64,000 nt of DNA from Eledone cirrhosa (lineage: Eukaryota), in the NCBI GenBank assembly GCA_964016885.1, contig OZ024742.1, positions 44,702,001 to 44,766,000 on the forward strand, in the 5' to 3' direction. This document shows, in pieces, positions 43,601-57,400 of this stretch. The notes under the pieces were generated by a model. It saw nothing but the letters and a program-made list of their open reading frames with translations. It searched no databases and was not told the DNA's origin. How positions within the stretch are numbered: the first letter of the stretch is position 1; the number at the start of each line of letters is the position of its first letter. The position numbers and the translations under genes were made by a program.

Positions 43601-46600
43601 AATGATGATAGTGATGACAATGATGAGATGATGATACTGATGTCAATGATGAGATGATGATAGTGAGGACAATGATGAGATGATGATAGTGATGTCAATG
43701 ATGAGATGATGATAGTGATGACAATGATGAGATGATGATAGTGATGTCAATGATGAGATGATGATAGTGATGACAATGATGAGATGATGATAGTGATGAC
43801 AATGATGAGATGATGATAGAGTTGATAATGATTAGATGATGATAGTGATGACAATGATGAGATGATGATAGTGATGTCAATTGATGAGATGATGATAAAT
43901 GATGTCAATGATGAGATGATGATAGTGATGTCAACGATGAGATGATGATAGTGATGACAATGATGAGATGATGATAGAGATGTCAATGATGAGAAGATGA
44001 TAGTGATGACAATGATGAGATGATGATGGTGATGATAATGATCAGATGATGATAGTGATGTCAATGATGAGATGATGATAGTGATGTCAATGACGAGATG
44101 ATGATAGTGATGACAATGATGAGATGATGATAGTGATGTCAATGATCAGATGATGATAGTGATGTCAATGATGAGATGATGATAGTGATGACAATGATGA
44201 GATGATGATAGTGATGTCAATGATGAGATGATGATAGTGATGACAATGATGAGATGATGATAGTGATGTCAATGACGAGATGATGATAGTGATGACAATG
44301 ACGAGATGATGATAGTGATGACAATGACGAGATGATGATAGTGATGACAATGATGAGATGATGATAGTGATGACAATGATTAGATGATGATAGTGATGTC
44401 AATGACGAGATGATGATAGTGATGTCAATGATGAGATGATGATAGTGATGAAAATGACGAGATGATGATAGTGATGACAATGACGAGATGATGATAGTGA
44501 TGACAATGATGAGATGATGATAGTGATGACAATGATGAGATGATGATAGTGATGTCAATGACGAGATGATGATAGTGATGACAATGATGAGATGATGATA
44601 GTGATGACAATGATTAGATGATGATAGTGATGACAATGACGAGATGATGATAGTGATGACAATGATGAGATGATGATAGTGATGACAATGATTAGATGAT
44701 GATAGTGATGACAATGACGAGATGATGATAGTGATGACAATGATCAGATGATGATAGTGATGACAATGACGAGATGATGATAGTGATGACAATGATGAGA
44801 TGATGATAGTGATGACAATGATTAGATGATGATAGTGATGTCAATGATGAGATGATGATAGTGATGAAAATGACGAGATGATGATAGTGATGACAATGAC
44901 GAGATGATGATAGTGATGTCAATGATGAGATGATGATAGTGATGAAAATGACGAGATGATGATAGTGATGACAATGACGAGATGATGATAGTGATGACAA
45001 TGATGAGATGATGATAGTGATGACAATGATGAGATGATGATAGTGATGTCAATGACGAGATGATGATAGTGATGACAATGACGAGATGATGATAGTGATG
45101 ACAATGACGAGATGATGATAGTGATGACAATGACGAGATGATGATAGTGATGACAATGACGAGATGATGATAGTGATGACAATGACGAGATGATGATAGT
45201 GATGACAATGACGAGATGATGATAGTGATGACAATGACGAGATGATGATAGTGATGACAATGATGAGATGATGATAGTGATGTCAATGATGAGATGATGA
45301 TAGTGATGACAATGATGAGATGATGATAGTGATGTCAATGATGAGATGATGATAGTGATGACAATGATGAGATGATGATAGTGATGACAATGACGAGATG
45401 ATGATAGTGATGACAATGACGAGATGATGATAGTGATGACAATGATGAGATGATGATAGTGATGTCAATGACGAGATGATGATAGTGATGACAATGACGA
45501 GATGATGATAGTGATGACAATGACGAGATGATGATAGTGATGACAATGACGAGATGATGATAGTGATGTCAATGATGAGATGATGATAGTGATGACAATG
45601 ATGAGATGATGATAGTGATGACAATGATGAGATAATGATAGTGATGTCAATGATGAGATAATGATAGTGATGACAATGATGAGATGATGATGGTGATGAC
45701 AATGATCAAATGATAATAGTGATGTCAATGACGAGATGATGATAGAGACGACAATGATGAGATGATGATAGTGATGAAAATGACGAGATGATGATAGTGA
45801 TGTCAATGACGAGATGATGATAGTGATGTCAATGATGAGATGATGATAGTGATGACAATGATGAGATGATGATAGTGATGTCAATGACGAGATGATGATG
45901 GTGATGACAATGATGAGATGATGATAGTGATGTCAATGATGAGATGATGATAGTGATGACAATGATGAGATGATGATAGTGATGACAATGATGAGATGAT
46001 GATAGTGATGACAATGATGAGATGATGATAGTGATGTCAATGATGAGATGATGATAGTGATGACAATGATGAGATGATGATAGTGATGTCAATGATGAGA
46101 TGATGATAGTGATGACAATGATGAGATGATGATAGTGATGACAATGATGAGATGATGATAGTGATGTCAATGATGAGATGATGATAGTGATGACAATGAT
46201 GAGATGATGATAGTGATGTCAATGATGAGATGATGATAGTGATGACAATTATGAGATGATGATGGTGATGACAATGATCAGATGATGATAGTGATGTCAA
46301 TGGCGAGATGATGATAGTGATGACAATGACGAGATGATGATAGTGATGACAATGATCAGATGATGATAGAGATGACAATGATGAGATGATGATAGTGATG
46401 ACAATGATGAGATGATGATAGTGATGTCAATGATGAGATGATGATAGTGATGACAATGATGAGAAGATGATAGTGATGTCAATGACGAGATGATGATAGT
46501 GATGACAATGATGAGAAGATGATAGTGATGTCAATGATGAGATGATGATAGTGATGACAATGACGAGATGATGATAGTGATGACAATGACGAGATGTTGA

Positions 46601-49600
46601 TAGTGATGACAATGACGAGATGATGATAGTGATGACAATGATGAGATGATGATAGTGATGTCAATGATGAGATGATGATAGTGATGACAATGATGAGATG
46701 ATGATAGTGATGTCAATGATGAGATGATGATAGTGATGACAATGATGAGATGATGATAGTGATGTCAATGACGAGATGATGATAGTGATGACAATGATGA
46801 GATGATGATAGTGATGACAATGACGAGATGATGATAGTGATGATAATGACGACATGTTGATAGTGATGACAATGACGAGATGATGATAGTGATGACAATG
46901 ATGAGATGATGATAGTGATGTCAATGATGAAATGATGATAGTGATGACAATGATGAGATGATGATAGTGATGTCAATGATGAGATGATGATAGTGATGAC
47001 AATGATGAGATGATGATAGTGATGTCAATGACGAGATGATGATAGTGATGACAATGACGAGATGATGATAGTGATGACAATGACGAGATGATGATAGTGA
47101 TGACAATGACGAGATGATGATAGTGATGACAATGATGAGATGATGATAGTGATGACAATGATGAGATGATGATAGTGATGTCAATGATGAGATGATGATA
47201 GTGATGACAATGATGAGATGATGATAGTGATGTCAATGATGAGATGATGATAGTGATGACAATGATGAGATGATGATAGTGATGACAATGACGAGATGAT
47301 GATACTGATGACAATGACGAGATGATGATAGTGATGACAATGATGAGATGATGATAGTGATGTCAATGACGAGATGATGATAGTGATGACTTTGATGAGA
47401 TGAGGATAGTGATGTCAATGATGAAATGATGATAGTGATGACAATGATGAGATGATGATAGTGATGTCAATGACGAGATGATGATGGTGATGACAATGAC
47501 GAGATGATGATAGTGATGACAATGACGAGATGATGATAGTGATGACAATGACGAGATGATGATAGTGATGACAATGATGAGATGATGATAGTGATGTCAA
47601 TGATGAGATGATGATAATGATGTCAATGATGAGATGATGATAGTGATGACAATGATGAGATGATGATAGTGATGTCAATGGGGAGATGATGATAGTGATG
47701 ACAATGATGAGATGATGATAGTGATGTCAATGATGAGATGATGATAGTGATGACAATGACGAGATGATGATAGTGATGACAATGACGAGTACGATGATAG
47801 TGATGACAATGATGAGATGATGATAGTGATGACAATGACGAGTACGATGATAGTGATAACAATGATGAGATGATGATAGTGATGTCAATGATGAGATGAT
47901 GATAGTGATGTCAATGATCAGATGATGATAGTGATGACAATGATGAAATGATGATAGTGATGTCAATGATGAGATGATGATAGTGATGACAATGATGAGA
48001 TGATGATAGTGATGACAATGATGAGATGATGATAGTGATGTCAATGATCAGATGATGATAGTGATGACAATGATGAGATGATGATAGTGATGACAATGAT
48101 GAGATGATGATAGTGATGTCAATGATCAGATGATGATAGTGATGACAATGATGAAATGATGATAGTGATGACAATGATGAGATGATGATAGTGATGACAA
48201 TGATGAGATGATGATAGTGATGACAATGATGAGATGATGATCGTGATGACAATGATGAGATGATGATAGTGATGACAATGATGAGAAGATGATAGTGATG
48301 ACAATGATGAGATGATGATCGTGATGACAATGATCAGATGATGATAGTGATGTCAATGATCAGATGATGATAGTGATGTCAATGATGAGATGATGATAGT
48401 GATGTCAATGATGAGATGATGATAGTGATGACAATGATGAGATGATGATAGTGATGTCAATGATGAGATGATGATAGTGATGACAATGATGAGATGATGA
48501 TAGTGATGTCAATAATGAGATGATGATAGTGATGTCAATGATGAGATGATGATAGTGATGACAATGATGAGATGATGATAGTGATGACAATGATGAGATG
48601 ATGATAGTGATGTCAATGATGAGATGATGATAGTGATGACAATGATGAGATGATGATAGTGATGTCAATGACGAGATGATGATAGTGATGTCAATGATGA
48701 GATGATGATAGTGATGACAAGGATGAGAAGATGATAGTGATGTCAATGATGAGAATGATGATAGTGATGTCAATGACGAGATGATGATAGTGATGTCAAT
48801 GATGAGAAGATGATAGTGATGTCAATGACGAGATGATGATAGTGATGTCAATGATGAGATGATGATAGTGATGACAATGATGAGATGATGATAGTGATGT
48901 CAATGATGCGAAGATGATAGTGATGTCAATGACGAGATGATGATAGTGATGTCAATGACGAGAACAATGGTAGTGATGTCAATGATGAGATGATGATAGT
49001 GATGACAAGGATGAGAAGATGATAGTGATGTCAATGATGAGAATGATGATAGTGATGTTAATGATGAGAAGATGATAGTGATGTCAATGACGAGATGATG
49101 ATAGTGATGTCAATGATCAGATGATGATAGTGATGTCAATGACAAGAACGATGATAGTGATGACAATGATGAGATGATGATAGTGATGACAGTGACGAGA
49201 ACGATGATAGTGATGACAATGATGAGATGATGATAGTGATGACAATGACGAGATGATGATAGTGATGACAATGATGAGATGATGATAGTGATGTCAATGA
49301 TGAGATGATGATAGTGATGACAATGATGAGATGATGATAGTGATGTCAATGATGAGATGATGATAGTGATGTCAATGATGAGATGATGATAGTGATGTCA
49401 ATGATGAGATGATGATAGTGATGTCAATGATGAGATGATGATAGTGATGACAATGATGAGATGATGATAGTGATGTCAATGATGAGATGATGATAGTGAT
49501 GACAATGATGAGATGATGATAGAGTTGACAATGATTAGATGATGATAGTGATGACAATGATGAGATGATGATAGTGATGTCAATTGATGAGATGATGATA

Positions 49601-52600
49601 AATGATGTCAATGATGAGATGATGATAGAGATGTCAACGATGAGATGATGATAGTGATGACAATGATGAGATGATGATAGAGATGTCAACGATGAGATGA
49701 TGATAGTGATGACAATGATGAGATGATGATAGAGATGTCAACGATGAGATGATGATAGTGATGACAATGACGAGATGATGATAGAGATGACAATGATGAG
49801 ATGATGATGGTGATGACAATGACGAGATGATGATAGTGATGACAATGACGAGATGATGATAGTGATGACAATGACGAGATGATGATAGTGATGACAATGA
49901 CGAGATGATGATAGTGATGACAATGATGAGATGATGATAGTGATGACAATGACGAGATGATGATAGTGATGACAATGACGAGATGATGATAGTGATGACA
50001 ATGACGAGATGATGATAGTGATGACAATGACGAGATGATGATAGTGATGACAATGATGAGATGATGATAGTGATGTCAATGATGAGATGATGATAGTGAT
50101 GACAATGATGAGATGATGATAGTGATGTCAATGATGAGATGATGATAGTGATGACAATGATGAGATGATGATAGTGATGACAATGACGAGATGATGATAG
50201 TGATGACAATGACGAGATGATGATAGTGATGACAATGATGAGATGATGATAGTGATGACAATGATGAGATGATGATAGTGATGTCAATGATGAGATGATG
50301 ATAGTGATGAAAATGACGAGATGATGATAGTGATGACAATGACGAGATGATGATAGTGATGACAATGACGAGATGATGATAGTGATGACAATGATGAGAT
50401 GATGATAGTGATGTCAATGACGAGATGATGATAGTGATGACAATGACGAGATGATGATAGTGATGACAATGACGAGATGATGATAGTGATGACAATGACG
50501 AGATGATGATAGTGATGACAATGACGAGATGATGATAGTGATGACAATGACGAGATGATGATAGTGATGACAATGATGAGATAATGATAGTGATGTCAAT
50601 GATGAGATGATGATAGTGATGACAATGATGAGATGATGATGGTGATGACAATGATCAGATGATGATAGTGATGTCAATGACGAGATGATGATAGTGATGA
50701 CAATGACGAGATGATGATAGTGATGACAATGACGAGATGATGATAGTGATGGCAATGATGAGATGATGATAGTGATGACAATGATGAGATGATGATAGTG
50801 ATGTCAATGATGCGAAGATGATAGTGATGTCAATGACGAGATGATGATAGTGATGTCAATGACGAGAACGATGGTAGTGATGTCAATGATGAGATGATGA
50901 TAGTGATGACAAGGATGAGAAGATGATAGTGATGTCAATGATGAGAATGATGATAGTGATGTTAATGATGAGAAGATGATAGTGATGTCAATGACGAGAT
51001 GATGATAGTGATGTCAATGATCAGATGATGATAGTGATGACAATGACGAGATGATGATAGTGATGACAATGATGAGATGATGATAGTGATGTCAATGATG
51101 AGATGATGATAGTGATGACAATGATGAGATGATGATAGTGATGTCAATGATGAGATGATGATAGTGATGTCAATGATGAGATGATGATAGTGATGTCAAT
51201 GATGAGATGATGATAGTGATGTCAATGATGAGATGATGATAGTGATGACAATGATGAGATGATGATAGTGATGTCAATGATGAGATGATGATAGTGATGA
51301 CAATGATGAGATGATGATAGAGTTGACAATGATTAGATGATGATAGTGATGACAATGATGAGATGATGATAGTGATGTCAATTGATGAGATGATGATAAA
51401 TGATGTCAATGATGAGATGATGATAGAGATGTCAACGATGAGATGATGATAGTGATGACAATGATGAGATGATGATAGAGATGTCAACGATGAGATGATG
51501 ATAGTGATGACAATGATGAGATGATGATAGAGATGTCAACGATGAGATGATGATAGTGATGACAATGACGAGATGATGATAGAGATGACAATGATGAGAT
51601 GATGATGGTGATGACAATGACGAGATGATGATAGTGATGACAATGACGAGATGATGATAGTGATGACAATGACGAGATGATGATAGTGATGACAATGACG
51701 AGATGATGATAGTGATGACAATGATGAGATGATGATAGTGATGACAATGACGAGATGATGATAGTGATGACAATGATGAGATGATGATAGTGATGTCAAT
51801 GACGAGATGATGATAGTGATGACAATGACGAGATGATGATAGTGATGACAATGACGAGATGATGATAGTGATGTCAATGATGAGATGATGATAGTGATGA
51901 CAATGATGAGATGATGATAGTGATGTCAATGATGCGAAGATGATAGTGATGTCAATGACGAGATGATGATAGTGATGTCAATGACGAGAACGATGGTAGT
52001 GATGTCAATGATGAGATGATGATAGTGATGACAAGGATGAGAAGATGATAGTGATGTCAATGATGAGAATGATGATAGTGATGTTAATGATGAGAAGATG
52101 ATAGTGATGTCAATGACGAGATGATGATAGTGATGTCAATGATCAGATGATGATAGTGATGTCAATGACAAGAACGATGATAGTGATGACAATGATGAGA
52201 TGATGATAGTGATGACAGTGACGAGAACGATGATAGTGATGACAATGATGAGATGATGATAGTGATGACAATGACGAGATGATGATAGTGATGACAATGA
52301 TGAGATGATGATAGTGATGTCAATGATGAGATGATGATAGTGATGACAATGATGAGATGATGATAGTGATGTCAATGATGAGATGATGATAGTGATGTCA
52401 ATGATGAGATGATGATAGTGATGTCAATGATGAGATGATGATAGTGATGTCAATGATGAGATGATGATAGTGATGACAATGATGAGATGATGATAGTGAT
52501 GTCAATGATGAGATGATGATAGTGATGACAATGATGAGATGATGATAGAGTTGACAATGATTAGATGATGATAGTGATGACAATGATGAGATGATGATAG

Positions 52601-54390
52601 TGATGTCAATTGATGAGATGATGATAAATGATGTCAATGATGAGATGATGATAGAGATGTCAACGATGAGATGATGATAGTGATGACAATGATGAGATGA
52701 TGATAGAGATGTCAACGATGAGATGATGATAGTGATGACAATGATGAGATGATGATAGAGATGTCAACGATGAGATGATCATAGTGATGACAATGACGAG
52801 ATGATGATAGAGATGACAATGATGAGATGATGATGGTGATGACAATGACGAGATGATGATAGTGATGACAATGACGAGATGATGATAGTGATGACAATGA
52901 CGAGATGATGATAGTGATGACAATGACGAGATGATGATAGTGATGACAATGATGAGATGATGATAGTGATGACAATGACGAGATGATGATAGTGATGACA
53001 ATGATGAGATGATGATAGTGATGACAATGACGAGATGATGATAGTGATGACAATGACGAGATGATGATAGTGATGACAATGATGAGATGATGATAGTGAT
53101 GACAATGATGAGCTGATGATAGTGATGTCAATGATGAGATGATGATAGTGATGAAAATGACGAGATGATGATAGTGATGACAATGACGAGATGATGATAG
53201 TGATGACAATGACGAGATGATGATAGTGATGACAATGATGAGATGATGATAGTGATGTCAATGACGAGATGATGATAGTGATGACAATGACGAGATGATG
53301 ATAGTGATGACAATGACGAGATGATGATAGTGATGACAATGACGAGATGATGATAGTGATGACAATGACGAGATGATGATAGTGATGACAATGACGAGAT
53401 GATGATAGTGATGACAATGATGAGATAATGATAGTGATGTCAATGATGAGATGATGATAGTGATGACAATGATGAGATGATGATGGTGATGACAATGATC
53501 AGATGATGATAGTGATGTCAATGACGAGATGATGATAGAGACGACAATGGTGAGATGATGATAGAGATGACAATGATGAGATGATGATAGTGATGACAAT
53601 GATGAGATGATGATAGTGATGTCAATGATGAGATGATGATAGTGATGACAATGATGAGATGATGATAGTGATGTCAATGACGAGATGATGATAGTGATGA
53701 CAATGACGAGATGATGATAGTGATGACAATGACGAGATGATGATAGTGATGACAATGACGAGATGATGATAGTGATGACAATGATGAGATGATGATAGTG
53801 ATGTCAATGATGAGATGATGATAGTGATGACAATGATGAGATGATGATAGTGATGACAATGATGAGATGATGATAGTGATGTCAATGATGAGATGATGAT
53901 AGTGATGACAATGACGAGATGATGATAGTGATGACAATGATGAGATAATGATAGTGATGTCAATGATCAGATGATGATAGTGATGTCAATGACGAGATGA
54001 TGATAGAGACGACAATGATGAGATGATGATAGTGATGACAATGACGAGATGATGATAGTGATGCCAATGACGAGATGATGATAGTGATGACAATGATGAG
54101 ATGATGATAGTGATGTCAATGATGAGATGATGATAGTGATGACAATGACGAAATGATGATAGTGATGTCAATGATGAGATGGTGATAGTGATGACAATGA
54201 CGAGATGATGATAGTGATGTCAATGACAAGAACGATGATAGTGATGTCAATGACGAGATGATGATAGTGATGACAATGACGAGATGATGATAGTGATGAA
54301 AATGATGAGATGATGATAGTGATGACAATGATCAGATGATGATAGTGATGTCAACGACGAGATGATGATAGTGATGACAATGACGAGAAT
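28695..54390. repeat. 26-bp tandem satellite array, right part
   Basis: Same consensus and orientation as the left part. The two parts total roughly 1,800 monomers by length. Confidence 0.98.
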
Positions 54391-54460
54391 GATGAAAATG
54401 ACAATGATTATGATGGCAATGAGGACAGTTATAATGATGATAGTGGTGATAATGTGGATA
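54391..54460. repeat. Degenerate (ATG)n-like junction between the two satellites
   Basis: GATGAAAATGACAATGATTATGATGGCAATGAGGACAGTTATAATGATGATAGTGGTGATAATGTGGATA has triplet periodicity without a 26- or 18-bp period. Confidence 0.75.
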
Positions 54461-57400
54461 GAGGTGACAATGTTGATAGTGGTGACAATGTTGACAATGT
54501 TGACAATGTTGATAGCGGTGACAATGTTGATAGTGGTGACAATGTTGATAGCGGTGACAATGTTGATAGCGGTGACAATGTTGATAGTGGTGACAAGGTT
54601 GATAGTGGTGACGATGATAGTGGTGACAATGTTGATAGTGGTGACAATGTTGATAGTGGTGACAATGTTGATAGTGGTGACAATGATAGTGGTGACAATG
54701 ATAGTGGTGACAATGTTGATAGTGGTGACAATGTTGATAGTGGTGACAATGTTGATAGTGGTGACAATGATGATAGTGGTGACAATGTTGATAGTGGTGA
54801 TAATGATGATAGTGGTGACAATGTTGATAGTGGTGACAATGTTGATAGTGGTGACAATGTTGATAGTGGTGACAATGTTGAAAGTGGTGACAATGTTGAT
54901 AGTGGTGACAATGTTGATAGTGGTGACAATGTTGATAGTGGTGACAATGATGATAGTGGTGACAATGATAGTGGTGACAATGTTGATAGTGGTGACAATG
55001 TTGATAGTGGTGACAACGTTGATAGTGGTGACAATGTTGAAAGTGGTGACAATGTTGATAGTGGTGACAATGTTGATAGTGGTGACAATGATAGTGGTGA
55101 CAATGTTGATAGAGGTGACAATGTTGAAAGTGGTGACAATGTTGATAGTGGTGACAATGTTGATAGTGGTGACAATGATAGTGGTGACAATGTTGATAGT
55201 GGTGACAATGTTGATATTGGTGACAATGTTGAAAGTGGTGACAATGTTGATAGTGGTGACAATGTTGATAGTGGTGACAATGATAGTGGTGACAATGTTG
55301 ATAGTGGTGACAATGTTTATAGTGGTGACAATGATAGTGGTGACAATGATAGTGGTGACAATGATAGTGGTGAGAATGATGATAGTGGTGACAATGTTTA
55401 TAGTGGTGACAATAATAGTGGTGACAATGTTGATAGAGGTGACAATGTTGAATGTGGTGACAATGTTGATAGTGGTGACAATGTTGATAGTGGTGACAAT
55501 GTTGATAGTGGTGACAATGTTGATAGTGATGACAATGATGATAGTGGTGACAATGTTGATAGTGGTGACAATGTTGATAGTGGTGACAATGCTGATAGTG
55601 ATGACAATGATGATAGTGGTGACAATGTTGATAGTGGTGACAATGTTGATAGTGGTGACAATGATAGGGGTGACAATGTTGATAGTGATGACAATGTTGA
55701 TAGTGGTGACAATGTTGATAGTGATGACAATGATGATAGTGGTGACAATGTTGATAGTGGTGACAATGATAGTGGTGACAATGTTGATAGAGGTGACAAT
55801 GTTGAAAGTGGTGACAATGTTGATAGTGGTGACAATGTTGATAGTGGTGACAATGTTGATAGTGATGACAATGTTGATAGTGGTGACAATGTTGATAGTG
55901 GTGACAATGTTAATAGTGGTGACAATGTCGATAGTGGTGACAATGTTGATAGTGGTGACAATGTTGATAGTGGTGACAATGTTGATAGTGGTGACAATGA
56001 TAGTGGTGACAATGTTGATAGTGGTGACAATGTTGATAGTGGTCACAATGTTGATAGTGGTGACAATGATAGTGGTGACAATGTTGATAGTGGTGACAAT
56101 GATAGTGGTGACAATGATGATAGTGGTCACAATGTTGATAGTGGTGACAATGATAGTGGTGACAATGTTGATAGTGGTGACAATGTTGATAGTGGTCACA
56201 ATGTTGATAGTGGTGACAATGATAGTGGTGACAATGTTGATAGTGGTGACAATGATAGTGGTGACAATGATGATAGTGGTCACAATGTTGATAGTGGTGA
56301 CAATGATGGTGGTGACAATGTTGATAGTGGTGACAATGTTGATAGTGGTCACAATGTTGATAGTGGTGACAATGATGATAGTGGTCACAATGTTGATAGT
56401 GGTGACAATGATAGTGGTGACAATGTTGATAGTGGTGACAATGATAGTGGTGACAATGTTGATAGTGGTGACAATGTTGATAGTGGTGACAATGATAGTG
56501 GTGACAATGTTGATAGTGGTGACAATGTTGATAGTGGTGACAATGTTGATAGTGGTGACAATGATAGTGGTGACAATGATAGTGGTGACGATGTTGATAG
56601 TGGTTGCAATGTTGATAGTGGTGACAATGTTGATAGTTGTTGACAATGTTGATAGTGGTGACAATGTTGATAGAGGTGACAATGTTGATAGAGGTGACAA
56701 TGTTGAATGTGGTGACAATGTTGATAGTGGTAAACAATGTTGATAGTGGTGACAATGTTGATAGTGGTGACAATGTTGATAGTGGTGACAATGTTGATAG
56801 TGGTGACAATGATGATAGTGGTGACAATGTTGATAGTGGTGACAATGATGATAGTGGTGACAATGTTGATAGTGGTGACAATGTTGATAGTGGTGACAAT
56901 GTTGATAGTGGTGACAATGTTGATAGTGGTGACAATGTTGATAGTGGTGACAATGATAGTGGTGACAATGTTGATAGAGGTGACAATGTTGAAAGTGGTG
57001 ACAATGTTGATAGTGGTGACAATGTTGATAGTGGTGACAATGTTGATAGTGATGACAATGTTGATAGTGGTGACAATGTTGATAGTGGTGACAATGTTAA
57101 TAGTGGTGACAATGTCGATAGTGGTGACAATGTTGATAGTGGTGACAATGTTGATAGTGGTCACAATGTTGATAGTGGTGACAATGATGATAGTGGTCAC
57201 AATGTTGATAGTGGTGACAATGATGGTGGTGACAATGTTGATAGTTGTTGACAATGTTGATAGTGGTGACAATGTTGATAGAGGTGACAATGTTGATAGT
57301 GATGACAATGATGATAGTGGTGACAAGGTAGATAGTGATGACAATAGTGATAGTGGTGACAATGTTGATAGTGATGACAATGTTGATAGTGGTGACAATG

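Noticed and set aside
6483-54328. Hundreds of His/Ser/Ile-rich minus-strand ORFs (SSLSSSHHCHHYHHLIIVITIII)
   Set aside because: They are translations of a 26-bp repeat cycling through all three frames. They end wherever a TCA-containing variant creates TGA, they overlap in every frame, and they have no unique sequence.
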